64,000 nt of DNA, taken from NCBI GenBank assembly GCA_002323245.1, contig DCPU01000016.1:108445-172444 (forward strand), given 5' to 3'. Position numbers and translations under genes: made by a program. Source of the DNA: Mariprofundus sp. UBA1536. GTDB lineage: Bacteria; Pseudomonadota; Zetaproteobacteria; Mariprofundales; Mariprofundaceae. This document shows positions 44,400 through 53,476 of this stretch, piece after piece. How positions within the stretch are numbered: the stretch's first letter is position 1; the number at the start of each line of letters is the position of its first letter. A model generated the notes under the pieces. The model did not search any database, was not told where the DNA came from, and saw nothing but the letters and a program-made list of their open reading frames with translations.

Positions 44400-45383
44400 T
44401 TACGCCAATAAGTTTTGGATTTCAGCGTGGCTTAACGGTGCTGGCAAACGTGCACCCAATTGGCTAACAATTTTGCCAGCTGCATGGCTGCCCAAGTGGC
44501 CGGCTTGTTTCCATGAAAGACCATTGGTGATGCCGTAAAGCACACCTGCTGCATACATATCGCCGGCGCCAGTGGTATCAATGGCGGCCACTTCTGTGCC
44601 TTCAATGGCAATGACTTGGCCTTCATGCATGATGATAGAGCCATTTTTACCAAGGGTGAGCGCCACGTTTTCACAATGCTTGTGAATGGCGTGGGCAGCA
44701 GCGATAGGGTCAGCTTCGCCAGTGAGGGCAGCGGCCTCTTCTTCATTACAAAACAATAAATCCACAGGGCCTTCAACCAAGGCCTGAAATTCGTCTTTGC
44801 AGATGGCAATCAGGAAGGGGTCGGAAATGGTCAGGGCGACTTTGGTGTTATGTTTTGCGGCCAAGGCTATGGCGTGCTTGGCTGCTGCTTTGGTGGACTC
44901 GCCTGCAAACAAATAACCTTCAATATATACATACTCAGCATCGGCGATGGCTTCTTCATCGATATCATCCGGTGAAAGTGTGGCCGACACGCCAAGGTTA
45001 GTAAGCATGGTGCGTTGGGCATCCGGGGTGATAAGCACCACGCAAGTGCCAGTGGTTTCAAGGCTAGCCTCAGCATTAAAATGAATGCCAAGCTCACGCA
45101 ATTCGCTGGCGTATTGTTGCCCAAAATTATCTGAGCCTGTTTTGCCGCAATACGCCACGCTGCCGCCCATATCGGCGATACCAACGATGGTGTTGGCCGC
45201 TGAGCCACCCGAGCAATAGTTGATATTTTGACCCTTAAGGGCTTTAAGCACTTCTTGTTGTGCATGGCCTTCAGTCAAAGTCATGATGCCTTTTTCGATG
45301 TTATTGCTGCGTAAAAAATCGTCATCGCATTGTACTTGTAAATCCATAATCGCGTTACCCACGCCGTAAACATTGATGCCCAT
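44400..45383 (-). CDS. PfkB-family kinase (adenosine kinase-like)
   Basis: PfkB signatures GGSAANT and [12 protein letters not shown]. Confidence 0.85.
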   Translation of the reverse strand: MGINVYGVGNAIMDLQVQCDDDFLRSNNIEKGIMTLTEGHAQQEVLKALKGQNINYCSGGSAANTIVGIADMGGSVAYCGKTGSDNFGQQYASELRELGIHFNAEASLETTGTCVVLITPDAQRTMLTNLGVSATLSPDDIDEEAIADAEYVYIEGYLFAGESTKAAAKHAIALAAKHNTKVALTISDPFLIAICKDEFQALVEGPVDLLFCNEEEAAALTGEADPIAAAHAIHKHCENVALTLGKNGSIIMHEGQVIAIEGTEVAAIDTTGAGDMYAAGVLYGITNGLSWKQAGHLGSHAAGKIVSQLGARLPAPLSHAEIQNLLA

Positions 45384-45407
45384 GAGAGAAGTCCTTTCCT
45401 TAAAAAA

Positions 45408-46793
45408 TTATTGTTGTTGACCAGCAAGGGTCATGTTCGAAATCACGATGCTTGGCACCGCAGTGGAGCCCAACCATGTCACATCATTGCCAAGGTGAGA
45501 AATATTTCGAAACATATCTTTCAAATTGCCCGCAATGGTGACTTCATGCACGGGCTGGCTGATTTTTCCGTTTTCGATTAAAAAACCAGACGCACCGCGC
45601 GAATAATCGCCAGTCACGCCATTCACACCAAAACCCATCAGCGAAGTGACGAAAAAACCGTCTTGGATATCAGTAAAGATATCCGCTTGGCTCATTGTTC
45701 CGCCAGCCAACAACAGGTTAGAAGTGCCAATGCCGATGTCACCCGTTAAACCACGACTGGCATTGCCTGTCTCAGCAACATTTAAGCGTTTGGCGGCATA
45801 CCTGTCGGTTAAAAAGCCAGTGAGCTTGCCTGCTTCGATAATGTTTCTCGCCTTACAAATGGTGCCTTCACCATCAAATAATCGATTGGAAAGTCCTAAG
45901 GGGTGGTTTGGGTTTTCTTCTAGCGTAAAGAAGCTTGGAAAAAGTGCTTCGCCCACCGAGTCAGCAAGAAACGAACGCTTTTGAATTACACTTCTGCCGT
46001 TAATCGCAGAAAGCAAATGCCCAAGAATGGAGCTGGCCACGCGCGGCTCGAACACCACGGGGCAGCTACGGCTGCTTAAACTTTTGCTGCCAAGCAAAGC
46101 AACCGCTCTGGAGGCCGCTTCTTGGCCAATGCTTTTGGCGTCGCGTAGATTGGATGCTGCAAATGCGCTATGCCAAGCATAATCGCGCTGCATGCCTTCG
46201 CCGCTGCCTGCAATCACTGATGCAGATAATGAAGCTGATGATTTGGCATATTCAGCCATAAAACCATCGCTGGATGCGTAAGCTGTGAAGCTATCACCAA
46301 AACCAGCGATGGCGCCTTCACTGTTGGTGACTTGTGTTGAAAATCCTAAAGCTTCCGCTTCGCAAGCCAAGGCTTGGGCTTTGGCAGCTTCAGTATTCCA
46401 ACCATGAGCAACGTGGGGGTGCGCATCTTGCCAATCGCTGATGGCTTTGGCGTTGGGGTGGTTCCCGCCCACAGGTGGCACCACATCAGGGTCAGGCTCA
46501 CTGATCTTGGCCATTTCAACCACTTGCGCCGCAAGTTTTTTCAAACCTTCATCCGAAAAATCCGAAGTGCTAGCCGATGCAAAAGCCAAACCTTTGCTTG
46601 TTTCCACAAAACCACGCAAGCCAATGCCTTGGGCGTGTTCGCCTTCAATGCTTTCTACTTTTCCTTGGCGCACACTGATGGATTCACCCACGCTAGTGGC
46701 AACGATGGCATCAGCATGAATAGCTCCAGATGTTTTGGCGTAATCGAGAAGTTTGCTGGCCGTTTGAGCCAAATTCATGTGAGCTAAATTCAT
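45408..46793 (-). CDS. pmbA: metalloprotease PmbA (TldE)
   Basis: PmbA/TldD fold. C-terminal GDYSRGASGFLIENGK pattern. Partner tldD is at 32070. The start may be the second MNLA repeat (46778). Confidence 0.9.
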   Translation of the reverse strand: MNLAHMNLAQTASKLLDYAKTSGAIHADAIVATSVGESISVRQGKVESIEGEHAQGIGLRGFVETSKGLAFASASTSDFSDEGLKKLAAQVVEMAKISEPDPDVVPPVGGNHPNAKAISDWQDAHPHVAHGWNTEAAKAQALACEAEALGFSTQVTNSEGAIAGFGDSFTAYASSDGFMAEYAKSSASLSASVIAGSGEGMQRDYAWHSAFAASNLRDAKSIGQEAASRAVALLGSKSLSSRSCPVVFEPRVASSILGHLLSAINGRSVIQKRSFLADSVGEALFPSFFTLEENPNHPLGLSNRLFDGEGTICKARNIIEAGKLTGFLTDRYAAKRLNVAETGNASRGLTGDIGIGTSNLLLAGGTMSQADIFTDIQDGFFVTSLMGFGVNGVTGDYSRGASGFLIENGKISQPVHEVTIAGNLKDMFRNISHLGNDVTWLGSTAVPSIVISNMTLAGQQQ

Positions 46794-47692
46794 GGGTTCA
46801 CCTTGTAATGCTTGAACAGGATGGGGGCTGCTTCGCGAAAGCTTGGGTATTGCAGGTTGGGAAGCAATTCCGCGTGTAACTTTTTATTATCAATACGTTT
46901 GTTGTCTTTGAAAAAGCTGAGGAACGCAGGCGAGAGTTGTTGTTTGGCTTCTTGCTCGTTCAAGATCATAGGCGCTGGCGCACCGACAAGCGTGGCAAGC
47001 TCTGCGGCATAGGCAGCATGCGAGCATGGATAGTCGTCGGCAAGGTTGAGGATACGTTGCGGCGCGGGCTTTTGCATGGCGGCGATAAGGGCTGCAACGA
47101 TATCATCGACATGGATACGGTTGGAAAAGTGTTCGGGTAACCACGACACGGCTTTGTAATCACCTGCGAATAGTTTACTGACAATATTACGTTCATTCCC
47201 ATAAATGCCAGCAAGTCGGAACACTTCTGTGTTTTCCAAAGCGCTTAGCCAAGCTTGTTCAGCTTTTAGGCGCTCTAGGCCGCGTGGGCTCTTGGAGAAG
47301 TTGGTGCTTTCTTCGTTAATCCAATCACCATTACTGCAGGCGTAGACACTGGTGGAGGATAAATAAGCTGCCCAGCGCAAAGCGGGTAGTTTTTGAAGAA
47401 GCAGTGGTAAAAAATCAGATTGAATTTGTTTGCCTTCTCTAGCGGCATTGTAGGCAAGCGGAATGGAATCAACAATGGCCTCAACATCTTCAAGCCAAGC
47501 ACTTGGGATTTGATGGGGGTGTTCGGTGCAGAAAACGTCAAGGTCTTGCTGCCGAAGAAGTTGCGCGGCTTCTTCATTGCGAACAGAGGCTTTTACGCGG
47601 ATGCCAAGCGTTAAGCATTTGGCAGCAAGCTTGCTTCCGACATAGCCACAGCCCAAGATAAGCACTGAAGATGGCAGGGATTGTTTTGTCAT
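46790..47692 (-). CDS. NAD(P)-binding SDR/epimerase-family protein
   Basis: Rossmann LILGCGYVGSKL. 300 aa. Confidence 0.75.
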   Translation of the reverse strand: MTKQSLPSSVLILGCGYVGSKLAAKCLTLGIRVKASVRNEEAAQLLRQQDLDVFCTEHPHQIPSAWLEDVEAIVDSIPLAYNAAREGKQIQSDFLPLLLQKLPALRWAAYLSSTSVYACSNGDWINEESTNFSKSPRGLERLKAEQAWLSALENTEVFRLAGIYGNERNIVSKLFAGDYKAVSWLPEHFSNRIHVDDIVAALIAAMQKPAPQRILNLADDYPCSHAAYAAELATLVGAPAPMILNEQEAKQQLSPAFLSFFKDNKRIDNKKLHAELLPNLQYPSFREAAPILFKHYKVNP

Positions 47693-47782
47693 GTCATCTC
47701 CGTTGTGGGGGTTGATTTACTCATTGCCTAGGCCCTACATAGTTACTATCGTGCGGCTCTTGTTGCAGGATTTTGATGCAAC

Positions 47783-47859
47783 GGGCCTATGGCGCAATTG
47801 GTTAGCGCAACCGGCTCATAACCGGTTGGTTCTAGGTTCGAGTCCTAGTGGGCCCACCA
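47783..47859 (+). tRNA. tRNA with CAT anticodon (elongator Met or lysidine-modified Ile2), CCA encoded
   Basis: Cloverleaf by hand: acceptor GGGCCTA/TGGGCCC, D arm GCGC-AATTGGTTA-GCGC, anticodon arm ACCGG-CTCATAA-CCGGT, T arm CTAGG-TTCGAGT-CCTAG, 3' ACCA. Not an initiator (G1-C72, no 3xGC in the anticodon stem). Confidence 0.9.
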
Positions 47860-47897
47860 AATTATGGCACATGATGAAGACGAGAAGGAGTTTGACA

Positions 47898-48143
47898 ATG
47901 AGTAATATCAATCCAGACGACTTAAAAGCTTTGGTTTGCCAACATATCACCGATGCGCAAGTGGATGTGCATTGTTATTCGGGCGATGACCATTTTGAAA
48001 TGACTGTGATTGCAGCTTCATTTGAAGGGCAGTCGCGGGTGAAACGTCATCAAATGGTTTATAACGCTCTTGGCGATAATATGAGAGCTGCCGTGCACGC
48101 ATTGGCATTAAAAACACAAACACCAACGGAGGCTTCAAAATGA
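47898..48143 (+). CDS. BolA-family protein
   Basis: AAGGAG RBS at 47885-47890. Pattern HF.M.VIA..F.G.S.V.RHQMVY.AL. The listed 150-aa ORF runs through the tRNA and is an artefact. Confidence 0.88.
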   Translation: MSNINPDDLKALVCQHITDAQVDVHCYSGDDHFEMTVIAASFEGQSRVKRHQMVYNALGDNMRAAVHALALKTQTPTEASK

Positions 48144-48466
48144 CTGATTCAGTACAAAGCCAAATTGATAGCGTAATTAAAGGCAACGACATTGTGTTGT
48201 TTATGAAAGGTACGCCGCAAATGCCGCAATGTGGTTTCTCGCAACGTGTGAGCGCAATTTTGGCTGCCCATGAAGTGCCTTATGTATCGATTAATATCTT
48301 GCTTGATCCTGCAGTGCGTGAAGGCATCAAAATCTACAGTGATTGGCCAACTATTCCGCAATTGTATGTGAAGCAAGAATTCATTGGCGGTTGTGATATC
48401 GTATCTGAGATGCACGAAAATGGTGAGCTTGCTGATGTACTCAAGCCATTTGTGAAAGCGGCGTAA
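48140..48466 (+). CDS. grxD: monothiol glutaredoxin Grx4
   Basis: CGFS active site, VLFMKGTPQMPQCGFS, WPTIPQLYV. Confidence 0.93.
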   Translation: MTDSVQSQIDSVIKGNDIVLFMKGTPQMPQCGFSQRVSAILAAHEVPYVSINILLDPAVREGIKIYSDWPTIPQLYVKQEFIGGCDIVSEMHENGELADVLKPFVKAA

Positions 48467-48569
48467 GCTTTAATTTCGATTGCTAGATTTGTCTAAAGAA
48501 AGTATAACTTTGCTTGTGACTACTTTTTCTACTTCTGCCATTGGCTCACCATTTCGGGGAGCTTTCTAA

Positions 48570-49970
48570 ATGGCAGGCAATGTCAGCCAAAATCTTTCCC
48601 AAAAAGCCACCCAGCGCCTGGCGCTAACCCCGCAACTAACCCAAAGCTTAAAAGTGTTGGCTATGAACTGCCAAGAGCTTGAGCTATACATTGAAGAAAG
48701 TCTTGAATCCAATCCGTTGTTGGAAATGGAAGGTGAGACCTTATCGGATGAGCCCAAAGAAATTCAAATCAGTGAAGATGAATGGCGCGAGCAGGGTGAT
48801 GATCGTTGGGAATCAATGTATCAAAACAACCAGCAGTTTGATGGTCTTCCTGATCCCGATCAGCAATGGGAAGATGAGCAAAGCTTAAGCGAAACGCTGC
48901 ATGAACAAATCAATCGCCAGCCGATGACTGATGGTGAGCGCGAACTGGCGCATGCTATTATTGATTCCTTGGAAGACGATGGTTACTTCCGCGTCAGCGC
49001 TGAAGATATTATCGAAGCTTCGGGTGTGAAGAGTGCGAAAAAATCAGATGTGATTCATGTGCTGGAAACTGTGGTGCAAGAGCTTGAGCCAGCCGGCATC
49101 GGCGCGCGCAGTCTCACCGAATGTTTATTGCTGCAAATTTCTGATGATGATTCATCGGCAACGCTTGTGCGCCAATTATTATTACATCATGCCGATGCCT
49201 TGCTAAAAGATGATATGGCGATTATGGCTGCGGCAGAATGCTCGTTTGAAGAGCTGCAAGCTGCGCGGGCATTGCTTCGCAGATTGGATCCCTTTCCTGG
49301 TCATGGCTTGCGCGGTGAGGCCAATATCTTTGTGCAGCCCGAAATCATTTTCCGCATGGCCAATAAGCAGGTTGAGGTGGAAGTGCCACGTTCAGGTTGG
49401 CGCGGCTTGAAAATCAGCGAGCAATGGTCGGGAACGAAATTTACAGGCCCAGATCGCAGCTTTATGGAAGCAGCAAGCCAAGAGGCAAAATGGTTGCTGC
49501 ATGCCCTTGATCAGCGCAGCGAAACATTAAAAAAAGTGGGTTTGTGTTTGGCAAGCAAACAAAGGTTGTTTCTTGAGCATGGCATTCTAGGGTTGAAACC
49601 ATTAACCCTGCAGGATGTTGCTGAAGAGGTGGGTTTGCATGAATCAACCATCTCACGCGTCACCAACGGAAAGTATGCGCAAACGCCTTTGGGCTTGATT
49701 GAAATGCGTAGATTCTTTTCGGCAGGGTTGCCTACGCGTGGTGGCGGCATGGTGAGTGTGTATCGCGTGCAACAACGCGTGAAAACGCTTATTGATTCCG
49801 AGCCGGCTGGCCGGCCCATATCAGATCAAGCAATTTCAGAGCGCCTTCAAGCTGAAGGCATTGAAATTGCAAGACGAACGGTAGCAAAATACCGTGAACA
49901 GTTGGGGCTGCTACCTAGCAGCCAACGAAGACGAGCTGGTGAAGCAAGTCTATCTCAAGGCAGGAGGTAA
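48570..49970 (+). CDS. rpoN: RNA polymerase sigma-54 factor
   Basis: N-terminal Gln/Leu-rich region and the C-terminal RpoN box ARRTVAKYRE. Confidence 0.95.
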   Translation: MAGNVSQNLSQKATQRLALTPQLTQSLKVLAMNCQELELYIEESLESNPLLEMEGETLSDEPKEIQISEDEWREQGDDRWESMYQNNQQFDGLPDPDQQWEDEQSLSETLHEQINRQPMTDGERELAHAIIDSLEDDGYFRVSAEDIIEASGVKSAKKSDVIHVLETVVQELEPAGIGARSLTECLLLQISDDDSSATLVRQLLLHHADALLKDDMAIMAAAECSFEELQAARALLRRLDPFPGHGLRGEANIFVQPEIIFRMANKQVEVEVPRSGWRGLKISEQWSGTKFTGPDRSFMEAASQEAKWLLHALDQRSETLKKVGLCLASKQRLFLEHGILGLKPLTLQDVAEEVGLHESTISRVTNGKYAQTPLGLIEMRRFFSAGLPTRGGGMVSVYRVQQRVKTLIDSEPAGRPISDQAISERLQAEGIEIARRTVAKYREQLGLLPSSQRRRAGEASLSQGRR

Positions 49971-49974
49971 GTGT

Positions 49975-50547
49975 ATGCAAGTATCAATTACAGGGCGCCA
50001 TATGGAGTTAACAGACCCTATTAAAGCGTATGTACATGATAAACTTGGTCATTTGAAACATTCATTTGATCATGTTGTTGATGTTCATGTGGTTTTAGGG
50101 GTGGAAAAACACCGTCAGCGTTGTGAAGTGAATATGGCAGCAAATGGCATCAATATTCATGGTAAACATGAGACCGATGATTTGTATGCAGCCATTGATG
50201 GTGTGGTGGATAAACTCAACCGCCAACTCAAACGCTATCGTGCAAAACTTCATCGCCATCAAAGCAATCATAGCCAACGCGTTGGCCGTGAAATCAAAGT
50301 GTCACATAAGGTTTTGGATTTATCCAACGACTTTGATGAGTTGGCTGAAGATCATGCACATAGCACAGTCACTCATGAAGTGATTGCCGCAGCACCGATG
50401 AGCATTGATGAAGCGGTGATGCAGCTTGAGCTAAGTGAAGAACGCAATGTGTTGTTTTTCACCAATGCTGAAACCGATGCATTGAATGCGGTGTATCGTC
50501 GTTCCAATGGCACCATCAGCTGGATTGAGCCTGGTGAGGCCAACTAA
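49975..50547 (+). CDS. hpf: ribosome hibernation promoting factor, long form
   Basis: MQVSITGRHMELTDPIKAYV... plus a C-terminal dimerisation-type domain (..MSIDEAVMQLELSEERNVLFFTN..). 190 aa. Confidence 0.9.
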   Translation: MQVSITGRHMELTDPIKAYVHDKLGHLKHSFDHVVDVHVVLGVEKHRQRCEVNMAANGINIHGKHETDDLYAAIDGVVDKLNRQLKRYRAKLHRHQSNHSQRVGREIKVSHKVLDLSNDFDELAEDHAHSTVTHEVIAAAPMSIDEAVMQLELSEERNVLFFTNAETDALNAVYRRSNGTISWIEPGEAN

Positions 50548-50549
50548 CC

Positions 50550-50993
50550 ATGAATGAGACTTTCGGCATACCGGTCACCCCTGATCATGTATTGATGGGC
50601 TCTGAGGCGCAAAGTAAGCGAGCGCTGCTCACAGAGATGGCTGGTATGTTGACGTCCATGGATCCCGATTTGGTGCTCGAAGTGATTATGGCTAGAGAGC
50701 AATTGGGAAGCACGGGTATGGGTCACGGTGTGGCCATTCCTCATGGCCGAATGAAGGCGTTAAATGGCCCTGTTGTTGCCGTGGCAATTCATGAGCAAGG
50801 CCTTGATTTTGATGCTATTGATGATGCGTTGGTGCATATCGTTGTGATGCTTCTTGTCCCTGACGATGATAGTAAGGTTCATTTGGAGTTGTTGGCCAAG
50901 CTGGCCAGACTTCTTCAGCAAGATGCAGTACGCACCCAATTGCGTCAGGCCAAAGATGCTGAAGCTGTGGTTATGCTGCTGTTGGGCAAATAG
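50550..50993 (+). CDS. ptsN: PTS IIA-like nitrogen regulatory protein PtsN
   Basis: Phosphorylation-site region GMGHGVAIPHG. 147 aa. Position is after rpoN-hpf. Confidence 0.9.
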   Translation: MNETFGIPVTPDHVLMGSEAQSKRALLTEMAGMLTSMDPDLVLEVIMAREQLGSTGMGHGVAIPHGRMKALNGPVVAVAIHEQGLDFDAIDDALVHIVVMLLVPDDDSKVHLELLAKLARLLQQDAVRTQLRQAKDAEAVVMLLLGK

Positions 50994-50996
50994 ATT

Positions 50997-51938
50997 TTGG
51001 CAAAACCAGCGCAAATTACCATCGCTCAAATCCTTGAGCAGCAAAGCGAAGCGCTGAAGATGAAACTGCTGGTGGGTGAAGCAGGGTTACAGCGTTATAT
51101 CGATCACCCCAGATTACAAAAACCATCCCTTGCTTTTGCGGGATTTATTGAAAACTTGAGCGATTATCGCTTGCAAGTGATTGGAAAAACTGAACTCCAT
51201 TTTTTAGAAACACGTACGCCCGAGCAGCAGCATATAGATGTGAATGCCGTCTTTGATTTACGCTTGGCTGGTGTGGTGATTACGCGCGGTTTAACACCGC
51301 CGCCACTGATTCTTGAAGCAGCTAAGCGCACCGACACCCCCTTGATTCAAACGGATTTGGACTCTTCCAGCTTTATGACGCATATGACCGTGTTTTTATC
51401 CCATGCGTTGGCGCCTGTTGCTTATCAACATGGTGTGTACATGGATGTATATGGTATTGGTGTGATTTTGCTGGGTGAAAGTGGTATTGGTAAAAGTGAA
51501 ATTGGTTTGGAGCTTATTACCCGTGGTCATCGTTTGATTGCCGATGATATGGTGCAGTTGGTGCGCCAAACACCATCCGTGCTTGTGGGGCAAAGCCCAG
51601 AATCACTGCGTTATCATATGGAAATTCGAGGCTTAGGCATTTTAGATATTCGCAATATTTTTGGTGCAGCTGGTATCACCGATACCAAGCGGGTGCGCCT
51701 TATTGTTAATCTTATTCGTTGGTCGGAATTTAAAGAAGAGCAGCGCTTTAATAGCGAAGATATGATGGAGCTACATGGCGTGGTCTTGCCAGTGGTGAAT
51801 TTGCCGATTCGCCCAGGTCGCTCTATGGCGGTGTTGATTGAATTGGCCGCACGCAGTCAGTTGCTGAGATTACGCGGCATCAATAGCACCTTGAATTTCA
51901 CCCAAGCTTTACAGCAGCGCATCCAAGACGGAAATTAA
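50997..51938 (+). CDS. hprK: HPr kinase/phosphorylase
   Basis: P-loop GESGIGKSE and signature LIADD..Q. TTG start. Confidence 0.9.
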   Translation: MAKPAQITIAQILEQQSEALKMKLLVGEAGLQRYIDHPRLQKPSLAFAGFIENLSDYRLQVIGKTELHFLETRTPEQQHIDVNAVFDLRLAGVVITRGLTPPPLILEAAKRTDTPLIQTDLDSSSFMTHMTVFLSHALAPVAYQHGVYMDVYGIGVILLGESGIGKSEIGLELITRGHRLIADDMVQLVRQTPSVLVGQSPESLRYHMEIRGLGILDIRNIFGAAGITDTKRVRLIVNLIRWSEFKEEQRFNSEDMMELHGVVLPVVNLPIRPGRSMAVLIELAARSQLLRLRGINSTLNFTQALQQRIQDGN

Positions 51939-51939
51939 T

Positions 51940-52800
51940 ATGCTCCTTATCATTACAGGTTTATCAGGCGCCGGAAAATCGACAGCTCTACACGGCTTGG
52001 AAGATTTGGGCTTTTTTTGTACGGACAATTTGCCCGTTACGATGCTAGGCCAATGGGCGGAGCAAATGATTCAAAGCGGCAGTAATGCGGCGGTGGGTAT
52101 TGATATTCGCAGCGCAGAAAATCCTCAATTATTACATCAATCCTTAGAAGACATTCGCGACACTTTGGATTGGAAGATTATTTTTGTCGATGCTCAGCAT
52201 GAGGTATTGCAACGTAGGTTTTCAACCCTGCGCCGTCGTCATCCATATGCACCGAATATTGCGCTTGATACTGCAATCGATTCTGAGCGAGAAGCTTTGC
52301 ATACCCTTCGTCAGCAAGCGGACTTGGTGATTGATAGTTCCAATCTCACCCCTTACCAGCTTTCAGATTTGGTGGAGACATTTTGGCGAAAACAAAAGAA
52401 TGAATTGTCCAAACACCATCATATTGTCTGCAATGTGATGTCGTTTAGTTATCAGCGCGGCTTGCCAGCCGGCGCAGACATGGTGATGGATTTACGCTTT
52501 TTGCCCAACCCGCATTATGTACCAGGCTTGGCGGTGCAGACGGGTCGTGACCAAGATGTGATTGATTATTTCGCGCCACTTGCCGATGTCAGTGAAGCTG
52601 AAGCTAAAATAAAAGATTGGTTATTGTTTGTTTGGCCGCGTTTAAATAGTGAGCGTAAGCGCTATTTCACCATCGCATTTGGATGCAGTGGTGGTAGGCA
52701 TCGTTCGGTGTATATGGCTGAGCGCATTGCCGCTTGGCTACAAGAACAACAAATGAGCACAGCGATTGTATCGCATCGTGAACTCGGAGTGTTATCATGA
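51940..52800 (+). CDS. rapZ: RNase adapter protein RapZ
   Basis: Walker A GLSGAGKST and C-terminal FGCSGGRHRSV. Confidence 0.92.
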   Translation: MLLIITGLSGAGKSTALHGLEDLGFFCTDNLPVTMLGQWAEQMIQSGSNAAVGIDIRSAENPQLLHQSLEDIRDTLDWKIIFVDAQHEVLQRRFSTLRRRHPYAPNIALDTAIDSEREALHTLRQQADLVIDSSNLTPYQLSDLVETFWRKQKNELSKHHHIVCNVMSFSYQRGLPAGADMVMDLRFLPNPHYVPGLAVQTGRDQDVIDYFAPLADVSEAEAKIKDWLLFVWPRLNSERKRYFTIAFGCSGGRHRSVYMAERIAAWLQEQQMSTAIVSHRELGVLS

Positions 52801-53210
52801 TTTCCATTATTCTCATAGGTCATGCCCGAATTGCTTCGGAAACCAAATTGGCTGTGGAGCATATTCTGGGGCCACTGGATAAAGTATTGGCTATAGATTT
52901 GCCAAGCTCGGACATTTCTCCCGCTGAAGAGGAAGTGATGATGGGCAGCATTCAACAAGCCAGCGCCGATGGTGGGGCATTGGTGTTGGTCGATCTTTAT
53001 GGAGCAACGCCTTGTAATATTGTGCTGAAAGTGATGGCTCAAGATGTGGAGGTGGTGACTGGTTTTAATATGCCGGCAGTTTTAAAGGCGGTCACATTAC
53101 GTCATCAAGAGATCAGCTTGCAGTCTTTGTCCGACCTTACTGTGCAAGCGGGCAAGCAATATATTTCAAAGGGTACCCAGCAAGTTTCTGGGGATATGTT
53201 TCATATCTGA
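52797..53210 (+). CDS. PTS EIIA component, mannose/fructose family
   Basis: N-terminal IILIGHARIA (phospho-His region). 137 aa. Confidence 0.82.
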   Translation: MISIILIGHARIASETKLAVEHILGPLDKVLAIDLPSSDISPAEEEVMMGSIQQASADGGALVLVDLYGATPCNIVLKVMAQDVEVVTGFNMPAVLKAVTLRHQEISLQSLSDLTVQAGKQYISKGTQQVSGDMFHI

Positions 53211-53476
53211 TGCGCCGTGGTGTAGTGATACAAAACAAGCTGGGGCTGCATGCTAGGGCGTCGGCTAAATTTGTGGGCGAGGCCAGTCGTCATGCATGTT
53301 ATATTGGCATCAAGCGTGATGACATTGAGGTCAATGGTAAGAGTATCATGGGTATAATGATGCTAGCCGCGGCCAAAGGCACAACCGTAGAGCTGATTGC
53401 GGATGGTGATGGCGCGGAGCAAGCCTTGGATGCATTGCAGGCATTGATTGATGATAAGTTTGGAGAAGGTGAATAG
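53210..53476 (+). CDS. ptsH: HPr-family phosphocarrier protein
   Basis: His-15 region NKLGLHARAS and Ser-46 region GKSIMGIMML. Confidence 0.9.
   Translation: MRRGVVIQNKLGLHARASAKFVGEASRHACYIGIKRDDIEVNGKSIMGIMMLAAAKGTTVELIADGDGAEQALDALQALIDDKFGEGE

Noticed and set aside
47691-48143. 150-aa ORF listed in the track
   Set aside because: Its first 69 codons run straight through the tRNA(CAT) gene (47783-47859). The real gene is the 81-aa BolA protein starting at ATG 47898 behind an AAGGAG RBS.
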